Shown one piece after another: positions 10,276-20,114 of a stretch of 64,000 nucleotides of DNA. The notes beneath the pieces were generated by a model. It ran no database searches and was not told the DNA's origin. It was given only the letters and a program-made list of their open reading frames with translations. Each line of letters starts with the position of its first letter. Position 1 is the first letter of the stretch. The stretch comes from Candidatus Altiarchaeales archaeon ex4484_2 (GTDB lineage Archaea > Altiarchaeota > Altiarchaeia > IMC4 > QMZM01): NCBI GenBank assembly GCA_002254565.1, contig NJEG01000015.1, forward strand, positions 4,726 to 68,725, read 5' to 3'. A program made the translations under genes and the position numbers.

Positions 10276-12427
10276 CTAGCCCCCCATTCTCAGGTTTCTC
10301 CTTATTCTGTTGCTTGGAAATCTTGAACTTAGCTGTATTCCTGTTTAAGTCATCAGCTAGGTCGCGGAACTCTTCAGATATCGGTAATTTCCGAGATTAT
10401 CCCAACAACCTGCTGCGCTCCACTGGACTGCTCCTGCGCACCAGCTGAAAGCTCCCCCACCTGCGTTGAAACATCAGCTATGGAGTCACTTATCTGCTCA
10501 AGAGACTTCAAGGCTCTGCCAACAACCTCCGTTCCCTCCCTCACCTTTAACGTGCTTTTCTCCATACTATCCACGCTCTTGCTTGTCGAATCCTGCATTC
10601 CCTCAATAAGCCCGGATATTTTATCAGCTGCCTCAGCGCTTGACTCAGCGAGCTTTCTAACCTCATCGGCAACAACAGCGAATCCTCTGCCCGCATCACC
10701 TGCTCTCGCAGCCTCTATAGTAGCGTTTAACGCCAGAAGGTTGGTTTGCTCGGCTATATGCGTTATGGTGCTGACAATCTTCCCAATCTCCTGACTCTTC
10801 TCGTTGAGGCCGGATATGCTTGCAGCAGACTCATCAACACTGTTTCTGATTTCAGCCAGACTCTCCAAACCCTTACCGGCGCTTTCACCACCCTCTTGTG
10901 CGACCTTGTTCACTTCGCTGGTTTTCTCCGCTGCCGACTCTATGCTCCTAGCCATCTGGTCTAATGTGGATGACATGTCCACAACCGTCTTCCTAGCCTC
11001 TTCCGTCTTCTCGGACTGCTCCTGAGAACTCTTGGATATTCCCTGCGTGGTCTTTGATATCTCCTCAGCCATGTCACTGACCTGCTTAGCGTTATTTAAT
11101 AACTGCTCCCCACCAGTTGCTAATGATGTGGAGGTGTCGGTTATTCCAGCAATTAAATCTGTGAAGTCTCCAATCATAACGTTTATGTTCTGTGCCAGAC
11201 TCTTAATGTATGAATTCTTGATGTCTTCATTGGCTCTTAGAGTTAAGTCCCCGGCTCCTGCGCCCTGGGTCACATCAATAATCGAGGCTATTCCGGTAGC
11301 CAGTTCCTTGTTGGTTTCCTCTATCAGCTCGACCTTCTCCGCTAGGCTTTGAGCAACGAGGTTGATGTCTTCTCCCAGCATCTTCACCTCAGGAACATCT
11401 ATGGCATCGGTGTCTGCTCTGGCTTTATAGTCTCCCTCCGATACCTTAGCGAGAGTGATGGAGAGTTTATTAATTCCCTCCTTCATGCTCCTGGAATTAT
11501 GTAACAAAGTCGCTGCGGCATCATTAATGTCCATGCCCAGCATCTTCACCTCAGGAACATCTATCTCGTTAACATCCACCTGGCTCTCATATTTGCCATC
11601 GATTATCTTAGCCAGGACAGCGGAGAGTTTGCTGACCCCAATCTCTATATCCTTTTTATTTTTAAGCAACTGTTTCTCCTTATTTTTCAGTTCAGTTATG
11701 TCGGTTACATACTCCAATGCCCCAATGATGTTCCCATCATCATCCTTAATCGGCGCGCCAGTGTATCTAATCGGCAGATCCTCTCCCGTTGCGCGAGAGA
11801 TGGTTTCAGCAGTGAACGTATCATCTTTGTCCATAGCCTGCTTCAGACGACATTCATCAGTACCATAATGGGAGTAGGTACCCGGTTGAGGTAGTCCACC
11901 TTCTCGCCGGCGTCCTCAAGCATTTTCTCAAGTGTCTCCGAGATAACGTCTAAGGCAATATTGATGTCCTCACCCAGCATCTTCACCTCAGGAACATCTA
12001 TCTCGTTAACATCCACCCTGACATCATAATCACCACTAGCTACCTTAGCCAGAGTATTAGATAGTTTATTAACCCCCTTCTGTATCTCATAAGTGTTGTT
12101 CTCTAAGACCTTGACGGCGTCGTTGATGTCTTCACCCAACATCTTCACCTCAGGAACATCTATCGCGTCAACATCCACCTTAGCCTTATAGTTCCCGGTA
12201 GCTATCTTAGCTAAAATGTTGGAAATTCGATTAATCTCTACATCAAGCTTTCTCTTTTCTGTAGCTGCTTTTTTATCTGATTTTTTATCCATTTTCTCCC
12301 CTAATTGCTCATTGGTTTCGGAGGCGGGAGCCTTATCTTTCCCTTCTATGCTCTCCCCTCGTTTATCAGATTCTTCCCTCTCAAAGAACTTTTTTCTACC
12401 CTTCTTTTCACCCTTCTTCTTAGCCAT
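10276..12427 (-). CDS. Soluble methyl-accepting chemotaxis protein (basic N-terminus, HAMP-like repeats, PAS, signalling domain), interrupted at junctions near 11862 and 10375
   Basis: [37 protein letters not shown] hairpin tip; PAS end [17 protein letters not shown]; no TM segment. The C-terminal [19 protein letters not shown]...stop continues in another frame to 10276. Confidence 0.9.
11379..12163 (-). repeat. Four identical 24-bp cores (CATCTTCACCTCAGGAACATCTAT on +) in HAMP-like repeats of the MCP
   Basis: Copies at 11379, 11541, 11978 and 12140; each pair is spaced 162 bp (54 aa). They encode IDVPEVKM. Confidence 0.9.
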
Positions 12428-12519
12428 TTTATGCAATACATTAAACTAAATGAACCTGAAAAAAAAACAATGAGAGGCTGCCTTGATTAAAGGACAACCA
12501 CCCATCCAAGATAACCCCA

Positions 12520-12723
12520 CTAATCAGCCGTTAGGCTTTCATCAGTGCTACCATCTGGTAGAAGAGTAATTGGTGCTTTCTTATCCTTCAGAGACAACTG
12601 GTATCGAGCACAAGCCTCGTAATTACCCTTACAGTAGTGTCTGGTCCAGATTTGCTTTGCAGCATCCCCACTGAATTTCTCAAATATCGGGCACTCATCC
12701 AACTTAGGGCAGTTTTCCGCCAT
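12520..12723 (-). CDS. Small 4-Cys protein of unknown function
   Basis: GGAGGTGA RBS before ATG at 12723; CPKLDECPIF...YCKGNYEACARY...LLPDG; followed by a hairpin and T-run. Confidence 0.8.
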   Translation of the reverse strand: MAENCPKLDECPIFEKFSGDAAKQIWTRHYCKGNYEACARYQLSLKDKKAPITLLPDGSTDESLTAD

Positions 12724-12785
12724 AGCATTCACCTCCACTATTTTTTTAGATAAACTATCTTATGGACAATCTATCGATTTAATTA

Positions 12786-13628
12786 TCATGTTCCATCCAG
12801 CAACCCGCTGCTAATCTCCTTGTATATGCGGTTTATGCCATGCCCCGGGTTGTAGTAACACAAGGGCAGGCCCGCTGACTGGGCATTATATATCTCGGGA
12901 GAGTAGGGTATCACATGCAGGTTTTCCCCAAATGACTTGTTTATTGATAAAAAAATCTGCACATTATCCTTCACATCCAACGACGGATGCCTGTAGGAGG
13001 ATATAAGATTTGACAACATACGAGAGAACCTGTAGGATAATGAATCCTGGGGCACGGTTAATGTTACAGCATGGATGTTTATGTCAGAGCTAAGCTCCTT
13101 CTCTATGTCACCAAGCAAGGTGGTGAAGTCCCTGATACTTTCCATGGTGAAGGCTCCAGTATCCAAGGGGAGGATAATACGGTCAGCAGCATAAACCGAA
13201 TTAATAAGAAAGTAACCATAGCTTGGGGGGGTATCCACCAAAACAAAATCATAGAAACCCCTTATTCCATCCATTGAATCCCTCAACACAGTAAAGGGAT
13301 TGTCTGCCTTATGTATCTGGGTCAGTATCCCTGATAAGTCCAGGGTTGCTGGAGCTATATCCAGATTTTTTACCTCAGTGGTCAGAATCACATCCTCCAG
13401 CAGGGTTTTTTCATCGCCAGTGCATCCACTCAACAGGACGTCATACATGCAGGCATCTATCTCCTCGCCATCTAAACCCAAAGCTGATGTTGCATTACCC
13501 TGAGGATCTGAATCAACAACCAAAACATTCCTGTTATTCCTCGCTAACTCACCAGCAAGATTCACACACGATGTTGTCTTCCCCGTGCCGCCTTTATGGT
13601 TAGCGAAAACAACACACTTACCCTCCAT
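12786..13628 (-). CDS. ParA/Soj family ATPase in the chemosensory cluster
   Basis: NHKGGTGKTT, DSDPQGNAT, DTPPS. Confidence 0.92.
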   Translation of the reverse strand: MEGKCVVFANHKGGTGKTTSCVNLAGELARNNRNVLVVDSDPQGNATSALGLDGEEIDACMYDVLLSGCTGDEKTLLEDVILTTEVKNLDIAPATLDLSGILTQIHKADNPFTVLRDSMDGIRGFYDFVLVDTPPSYGYFLINSVYAADRIILPLDTGAFTMESIRDFTTLLGDIEKELSSDINIHAVTLTVPQDSLSYRFSRMLSNLISSYRHPSLDVKDNVQIFLSINKSFGENLHVIPYSPEIYNAQSAGLPLCYYNPGHGINRIYKEISSGLLDGT

Positions 13629-13784
13629 TTTACCCTGTTAGATATTAATACACTAACCAATATAAATGTGCATGTATCTAACAGGTTATATACTGACATT
13701 TATTAATTGTTATAATTTATCAGCAAACTATTTATTTGATGATGGAGAATATAATATAAACAGAACTAAAAGAGGAGATTCATC

Positions 13785-14147
13785 ATGAGTAAAATATTAA
13801 CCGCGGACGATTCTGTATTTATGAGGAAGATATTGATTAAGATACTCAACAAGATGGGACATAAAGATATCATTGAGGCAGAGAACGGAGATGATGCGCT
13901 TAGGATATTCAAGGAGGAAACGCCCGATCTTGTCTTGCTCGATATTGTCATGAAGGGTAAATATGGAATAGACGTACTAAAGGACATAATGAAAATCAAC
14001 CCTGATGCTAGGGTAATCATGGTTTCTGCAGTGGGACAGGAGAGTATATTACATGAGGCCAAGGATATAGGAGCGAAGGATTTCATAACCAAGCCCTTTA
14101 AGGAAGAAATGGTAATCGAGACAATAAATAGGGTTCTTAAGTCATAA
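13785..14147 (+). CDS. cheY: CheY response regulator
   Basis: ADDSVFMR, LLDIVM, MVSAVGQ, KPF; directly upstream of cheA. Confidence 0.93.
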   Translation: MSKILTADDSVFMRKILIKILNKMGHKDIIEAENGDDALRIFKEETPDLVLLDIVMKGKYGIDVLKDIMKINPDARVIMVSAVGQESILHEAKDIGAKDFITKPFKEEMVIETINRVLKS

Positions 14148-14195
14148 CTGCCGGTTTCAGTAGTTCTAGGATTATTCCAGTAACTGCACCATAAA

Positions 14196-15782
14196 ATGAC
14201 TGAAGACATGCGGGAGTATTTAGATTTATATCTAAGCGAAGCCGAAGACCTGCTGCAGTCGCTGAATGAATCCCTTCTAGAGTTCGAGAAAACCCCCGAA
14301 AAGAAGGAGTACATAGATGAAATACAAAGATGTGTTCACACCCTGAAAAGCAGCTCTGCCTCTATGGGATTCAACCAGATTTCTGAACTATCCCATTGCA
14401 TGGAGGATGTGTTGGGAGGTATGAAGAAGGATGAGATTGAGATAAACGACTATGTTGTTGATATAATATTCGAGTGCTTTGATGTCTTGGAGAGAGGCGT
14501 GGACAACGTCAGGAAAGGTAAAGAGGAGCCTGACGTATCCAACGTCCTCAAGCATCTGGATAAGATAAAGGAGGGTAGGATTGATTCACTGGAGGAGGAT
14601 GTTGAGGGTGGAGAGCTGGCTGATAAACCCCATACACTGAAGACTGTGCACTCCATAAAGGTTAACGTAGAGAGTCTGGATAAACTCCTCGAGCTGGTTG
14701 GTGAACTATTGATTGCCAAGATGAGACTCCAGAACATCAACAGCCATATAGATGATGCGGACCTTGATGAGTTAACAACACTCCTTAGCCGGTTGATAGA
14801 GGATATACAGTACCAGATCACCGAGGCCAGGATGATTCCCGTCGACCACATATTCTCTCGATTTCCCCGGATGGTGCGGGATATCGCGAAAAGAGAGGGT
14901 AAAAGGGTTAGTTTCGTAATAAAGGGCAGTGAAATCAAGCTGGACCGGACCATACTAGACAAGATAGGTGAGCCCCTGATCCACCTTCTGAGGAATGCAG
15001 TAGACCATGGGATAGAGATGCCTGAGGAGAGAAAAGATAGGGGTAAGCAGGAAACGGGAACCATAAAGCTCACAGCCAGAAGGGAGAGGAACAAGGCAGT
15101 AATAGAAATCGAAGACGATGGAGAAGGCTTTGATGCAGAGGCTATAAAAGATGTAGCTGCTAGAAAGGGGTTGTATTCAAGGGAACAACTTAATTTGATG
15201 GCCGAGAAGGATCTATTTAATCTGCCTTTCCAGCCCAACTTCAGCACCTCCAAAAAGGTCACGAACGTCTCGGGCAGAGGGGTTGGGTTGGATGTGGTTA
15301 AAACCAGGATAGAGGAACTCAACGGCACAGTAAAAATGGAGTGTGAAAGAGACAAGGGCACCAGGTTCACTATCACCCTGCCTTTAAGCCTTGCCATAAT
15401 AAAGAGCCTGCTGATTGATGTATGCGATGGAACCTACGTAATCCCCATCTCTAACGTGATGCGGATACTGCCCTCCAGGGACGCCCACATAAGACATATT
15501 GAAGGAAGCGAGTGCATTGTATTAGACAATGAGACAATACCCATCATCAGAATCAAGGATAAATTCAATATCAAAGGAGAAAGCCCCGACAAAAATTTTG
15601 TAATTATCATAGAAAAAGGTAGCGAAAAAATCGGGCTGGTGGCCGACAGGATAGTGGGACAGCAGGAGATAATGATAAAGAACCTGGACAAAGAGCTTAG
15701 AGAGTTGAAGGGCATAGCTGGAGCCAGCATCCTAAGCGACGGGAATCTTGCTTTGGTCATCGACATTTCAGGGATAACATGA
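14196..15782 (+). CDS. cheA: CheA histidine kinase, apparently without a P2 domain
   Basis: HTLKSSS Hpt domain, HLLRNAVDHGIE, DDGEG, SGRGVGLDVV, C-terminal CheW-like domain. Confidence 0.96.
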   Translation: MTEDMREYLDLYLSEAEDLLQSLNESLLEFEKTPEKKEYIDEIQRCVHTLKSSSASMGFNQISELSHCMEDVLGGMKKDEIEINDYVVDIIFECFDVLERGVDNVRKGKEEPDVSNVLKHLDKIKEGRIDSLEEDVEGGELADKPHTLKTVHSIKVNVESLDKLLELVGELLIAKMRLQNINSHIDDADLDELTTLLSRLIEDIQYQITEARMIPVDHIFSRFPRMVRDIAKREGKRVSFVIKGSEIKLDRTILDKIGEPLIHLLRNAVDHGIEMPEERKDRGKQETGTIKLTARRERNKAVIEIEDDGEGFDAEAIKDVAARKGLYSREQLNLMAEKDLFNLPFQPNFSTSKKVTNVSGRGVGLDVVKTRIEELNGTVKMECERDKGTRFTITLPLSLAIIKSLLIDVCDGTYVIPISNVMRILPSRDAHIRHIEGSECIVLDNETIPIIRIKDKFNIKGESPDKNFVIIIEKGSEKIGLVADRIVGQQEIMIKNLDKELRELKGIAGASILSDGNLALVIDISGIT

Positions 15783-16144
15783 GAGTCATAAACAAGACCA
15801 AAGGCTTGATCATATCCCATGAGTGTTCACTAGCCGGAAGCCTCTCCTCGAGAATGAGAGGACTTATTCTCTCCGATAAAAAGGATCTTGTTCTTGCCTC
15901 GCCCAGAGAGGATATACGGTCGTCGAGCATACACATGGCCTTCATGCAGTACCCGATTGATGTTTTGTGGCTGGACTCCAACATGAGGGTTGTTGATCTA
16001 CGAAGAAACATCCAGCCCCTTAATCCCCTGATCAAAGACACCTGGAGAGTATATAAACCCAGAGAGCCCGCGAAATATGTAGTAGAGTTAGGTAAAGAGA
16101 ATATAATAGAAACAGATATAGGGGATGAGATAGAGTTCCGCTAG
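15779..16144 (+). CDS. DUF192 / UPF0127 family protein
   Basis: RMRGL, IHMAFMQYPIDVLWLD, AKYVVEL. Confidence 0.88.
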   Translation: MRVINKTKGLIISHECSLAGSLSSRMRGLILSDKKDLVLASPREDIRSSSIHMAFMQYPIDVLWLDSNMRVVDLRRNIQPLNPLIKDTWRVYKPREPAKYVVELGKENIIETDIGDEIEFR

Positions 16145-16180
16145 ATGAGATAAAAACCTAAAATAACATATTCTTCTTGT

Positions 16181-16933
16181 ATGAAACCATCACCCAATGC
16201 AGATTTATGCAATCAACTGAACAGGGACCTTGAGGAAAGGAAACTCATCCAGATAGTCTGCAGCTGCAGCATAGAATACGATGGCAGATCCAAATCCAGC
16301 ATCGGGGAGGGGCACAGGATAATAATCATAAAACCCGACTCCACTCTCTTGATTCATAGCATAAGCGGCTTTAAACCGGTTAACTGGATGCGAGCCCCGA
16401 CAGAAACCATTGCTGAATATGTTAAGAGAGGTGGAGAGGAGATAATCCTACGCAGCGGTAGAACAAAGAAACCCTACGAGGACCTGAGTGTTCACATATA
16501 TGAAGTCCTTGACCACAGGACATACAGCAACCTGCAGGACAGGGAGGCGTTGGATTTAAGGCACACGGAAAAGGATTTACAGGACCATCTGGTCAGGAAC
16601 CCCAAACTCGTTCATCCAGAATTCCGTTTGAAGTCCAGAGAGTACCAGTCCCCACTCGGCTTCTTCGACCTCTACGGCAAGATAGGTGACTCCTATGTTG
16701 TGGTCGAGTTGAAGGTGGAAAGAGCGGGATTACCTGCTGCCCTGCAGATTAAGAGATACAGGGACTGGCTTCAACAGCATATGGAGAATTCCGGGGGGAT
16801 ACTTGTGGCTCCGAGCATAACGCCTAATGCAAGAATACTATTGAGGAAAGAGAATATAGAGTTCAAAAAAATCAGGGTCCAGGACCTGGAGATGGAAAGG
16901 AAAAGAACCAAGAAACTCAGTGAATGGTGCTGA
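16181..16933 (+). CDS. nucS: Mismatch/branched-DNA endonuclease NucS (EndoMS)
   Basis: YDGR, IIKPDSTLLIH, PVNW, REY, VVVELK, QIKRY. Confidence 0.92.
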   Translation: MKPSPNADLCNQLNRDLEERKLIQIVCSCSIEYDGRSKSSIGEGHRIIIIKPDSTLLIHSISGFKPVNWMRAPTETIAEYVKRGGEEIILRSGRTKKPYEDLSVHIYEVLDHRTYSNLQDREALDLRHTEKDLQDHLVRNPKLVHPEFRLKSREYQSPLGFFDLYGKIGDSYVVVELKVERAGLPAALQIKRYRDWLQQHMENSGGILVAPSITPNARILLRKENIEFKKIRVQDLEMERKRTKKLSEWC

Positions 16934-16936
16934 ACC

Positions 16937-17431
16937 CTATTCTTTTCTCAGGCAAATCCCATCCCTGCAGCCGTAACGGCAGTTGTAGTAGATAGATTTT
17001 ATTTCACCTTTCTCGCAATAATACTCCCTTAACATATCCCCCTCACATATGTCGTTGACCACCCTCCCGTCCCTGTGGATTACTGTGCCATGTATGTGGT
17101 ATTCTCTGCCCCCATCAGTGTCTCTACACTCCAGAAGGGTTGTTGTTGTAGAGGATGTTGTGGTGGGTGAGGTTGTTGTAGAGGATGTTGTGGTGGGTGA
17201 GGTTGTTGTAGAGGATGTTGTGGTGGGTGAGGTTGTTGTAGTTATGTAGTAGATTGTTGTGGTATATGCTGTTGACGTGGAGATGGTGGGAGCAGTTGAT
17301 GTGGTGGAAATGCTAAAAGAGGATGTTGTGGATGAGGACTTGGGGGGTTGTTCAGGAGTCTCCACGATACAACCAGTAAACAACAATAGAGATAGTGTAA
17401 GTACCAGAATGATGTGGTGATTTTTTTCCAT
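16937..17431 (-). CDS. Putative lipoprotein with Ser/Thr stalk and Cys-rich CxDTDGG domain
   Basis: Lipobox-like LLFTGC; Thr/Ser repeats; CRDTDGG...DICEG..LREYYC...CRYGCRDGIC. Confidence 0.75.
   Translation of the reverse strand: MEKNHHIILVLTLSLLLFTGCIVETPEQPPKSSSTTSSFSISTTSTAPTISTSTAYTTTIYYITTTTSPTTTSSTTTSPTTTSSTTTSPTTTSSTTTTLLECRDTDGGREYHIHGTVIHRDGRVVNDICEGDMLREYYCEKGEIKSIYYNCRYGCRDGICLRKE
17142..17241 (-). repeat. 30-bp tandem repeat (~3.3 copies) encoding a Thr/Ser/Pro linker
   Basis: GTTGTTGTAGAGGATGTTGTGGTGGGTGAG units at 17142, 17172 and 17202. Confidence 0.95.
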
Positions 17432-17460
17432 GGATATATATGGATTTATCCGGTAATTAA

Positions 17461-18780
17461 TCACATCCCTATGTTACCGCCCATACGCTTCATCAATCTG
17501 CGGAGCTTTCTCTCATCGCCCATGGACTTCATCATCTTCTTCATTTTCTTATAGTATACTAATAGTTCCCTGACCTCCTCTGGCTTGCTTCCGCTGCCTT
17601 CAGCTACACGCCCCAGGCGGTCTTTTTTGATGATGGACGGATCCTCCATCTCCTTCCCGGTCATGGAGTCCATGATAACCTTCCACCTTTGCATCTTACC
17701 CTCCTGCATATCAAGCATTTCCTTGGGGATTTTAGCCTGAAAAGGCATCAACTCCATAATCTTCTTCATGGAGCCCATCTTCCCAACCTGCTCTATCTGG
17801 GTGTAGACCTCGTTGAGTGTGAATTTCCCTGACATAATCCTCTTAGCGGTTTCCTCGTCTAAGTCAGCCTCCTGAGCTCTCTCCAACAAACCCTCAATAT
17901 CCCCGAAACCAATAAGCCGGGAAACAAAACGCTCTGAATCGAATTCCTCGAAGTCCTCAACATGCTCTCCAACCCCTACGAAATAGACAGGAGCTCCTGT
18001 AGCAGCGCATGCGGAGATTGCGCCCCCGCCCTTGGCTGAACCATCCAGCTTAGTCAGGATAACCCCGTCCACCTGGCTATGCTTCCTGAAGGCCTTCGCC
18101 TGCTCTCCAGCCTGCTGTCCGGTGGTGGCATCCAGGACCAGAAAAGTCTTATCCGGCTTTATTTCAGAACATATCCTACCTATCTCGTCCATCAACTCCT
18201 TGTTCATTTTATGCCTTCCCTCGGAGTCGATGATGATAACACCCTCATCCTTGAATTCCTTCAAGCCGTTTTTTATTATGGAAAGAGAGTTTTTCCCCTC
18301 AGGGCTGCCGTAAAATGGGACGTTTATCTGCTCCGACAGCTGCCTCAGCTGATCGAATGCAGCAAGCCTGAAGGTGTCGGCACAAATCAGTTTAGGGTTT
18401 AAGCCCTTCTTTTTGATGTATCTGGCAAGCTTCGCGGCAGTGGTGGTCTTACCGGAGCCCTGGGTCCCCACCAGAAGGATTCTATCGTTTTCATTTAGCG
18501 GGATTTTCTCCCCGGCACCCAGTAGTTTAACCAGCTCATCATAGGTTATCCTTATAAGATTCTCTCCCCTGGACAAGGCCCCCGGGGGTTTCTCCAGCAA
18601 ACCTCTTTCTTCAATATTCTTTGAGAGCGCAAACACCAGCTCCACATTAACATCAGAGGAGATAAGAGTCTTCTGTATGTCCTTCGTGTACTCCTTCACT
18701 GTTTTCTTGTCTACAACAACCGCCTTCCTCAGACTCGTTACAGCACCCTGCAAACCATCCCTGAGCTTATCTAAAACCAT
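17461..18780 (-). CDS. srp54: Signal recognition particle 54 kDa protein
   Basis: GTQGSGKTTT, TKLDGSAKGGGA, Met-rich M domain (IMDSMT..E). Confidence 0.96.
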   Translation of the reverse strand: MVLDKLRDGLQGAVTSLRKAVVVDKKTVKEYTKDIQKTLISSDVNVELVFALSKNIEERGLLEKPPGALSRGENLIRITYDELVKLLGAGEKIPLNENDRILLVGTQGSGKTTTAAKLARYIKKKGLNPKLICADTFRLAAFDQLRQLSEQINVPFYGSPEGKNSLSIIKNGLKEFKDEGVIIIDSEGRHKMNKELMDEIGRICSEIKPDKTFLVLDATTGQQAGEQAKAFRKHSQVDGVILTKLDGSAKGGGAISACAATGAPVYFVGVGEHVEDFEEFDSERFVSRLIGFGDIEGLLERAQEADLDEETAKRIMSGKFTLNEVYTQIEQVGKMGSMKKIMELMPFQAKIPKEMLDMQEGKMQRWKVIMDSMTGKEMEDPSIIKKDRLGRVAEGSGSKPEEVRELLVYYKKMKKMMKSMGDERKLRRLMKRMGGNIGM

Positions 18781-18839
18781 TATATATCTATTTAGTCTAT
18801 GTTTTAATAACTATCACCCCCTAAGGATCCCAACAAAAG

Positions 18840-20114
18840 ATGAACAGTCTACATATAGGTCTTGTTTATGCATTATGGTTTTTTGTGACCTTCTTTTTCA
18901 TGGTCAAGAACAGGGATGAATTCTTTAAAGAACCTAAATCGCTAAGTGAAAAAGAAAAGATAACAATACTAGTTCCCGCATTCAACGAAGAAGAAACCAT
19001 AGCCGACACGATAGAATCCATTCTCAGGCTTGAGTATCCCAAAAACCTGCTGGAGATTATCGTGGTAAACGACGGCTCCAGCGACAGATAGAATCCATTC
19101 TCAGGCTTGAGTATCCCAAAAACCTGCTGGAGATTATCGTGGTAAACGACGGCTCCAGCGACAGGACAGGGGAGATAGCGAAGAGGTACTCCGATAAAGG
19201 GAGTATAAGGTTAATAGGGAATCCATGAAGCGAGAGGGGAGTTGATTGCTACAATAGACGCTGACACCGTTATAGAAGGTGATACATTAGAGAAGGTGTG
19301 CGGCTACTTCAGGGAGGAGGATATTGGAGCGGTTATCGTAAGGGTTAGGGTAAAAAACCCCAGTAACTGGCTGGAGAAAATCATCGAGATGGAATATAAC
19401 ATGGGCCTAGGATTCTACCTCAAACTACTCTCCTTCCTCAACTGCCTCTACCTGACACCCGGACAGTTCAGCATATACCGGAAAAGGGTTTTAGAGGATT
19501 TAGATGGCTTCGACGTAAACAACATAGTTGAGGATACTGAAATAGCCTACAGGATGCAGAAAAAGGGATACCGGATAGCCTGCTGCCTCTCAGCTTACGT
19601 TTACACCAAGGTGCCCAACAACGTGCGCTCCTTCTACTACCAGAGAAGGAGATGGTACTCTGGAACCATACAAACAATACTAAAACACAGGGACGTGTTC
19701 TTCAACAGAGAGCTGGGCAACTTCGGGATGTTCTTCATGCCAGTGAACTATGGAGGAATCATCATCGGGACACTACTTTTCCTCTCCACGATATACCTGA
19801 CAGCCCAGACAGTATATGATTATATCATATACTACAGCCTCATAAACTTTGACATCATAGGCTCGACCGTAAACATCATACAGACCGCTGAAATAGACCC
19901 CCTGATGATAAGCATATTCTACTTCCTGGGCATAAGCCCCTTCATAATGAACGCCCTAATCAACTTCTACGCTCTGAGAAAGATGGGTGAAAGCTTCAGG
20001 GAATCCTTCTTCGGATTCATATGCTTCCTGTTCTTTTTCATACCATACAACACCCTCTGGATTATCTGTGCCTATGTAGTAGTAAGAAACAAGCAAATAA
20101 AATGGCGAGAGTAG
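18840..20114 (+). CDS. GT2 glycosyltransferase (PgaC/IcaA-like), interrupted by a 77-bp duplication and a short deletion
   Basis: VPAFNEE, VVNDGSSD, DAD, VEDTEI, QRRRW, C-terminal TMs; pieces are 18840-19091 and 19242-20114. Confidence 0.87.
19011..19164 (+). repeat. Exact 77-bp tandem duplication (19011-19087 = 19088-19164)
   Basis: Direct comparison of the two copies; the duplication creates a premature TAG. Confidence 0.97.

Noticed and set aside
11379..12163. CRISPR-like array of 24-bp repeats
   Set aside because: Spacing is 162/437/162 bp, the repeats are in frame inside the MCP, the intervening sequences are homologous, and no cas genes are present.
14450..15397. 315-aa antisense ORF, and similar ones at 27599-28246, 44665-45300, 25954-26559, 57300-57923 and 13766-14314
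   Set aside because: Ser/Leu/Phe-rich shadows of well-supported genes on the opposite strand, with no recognisable motifs.
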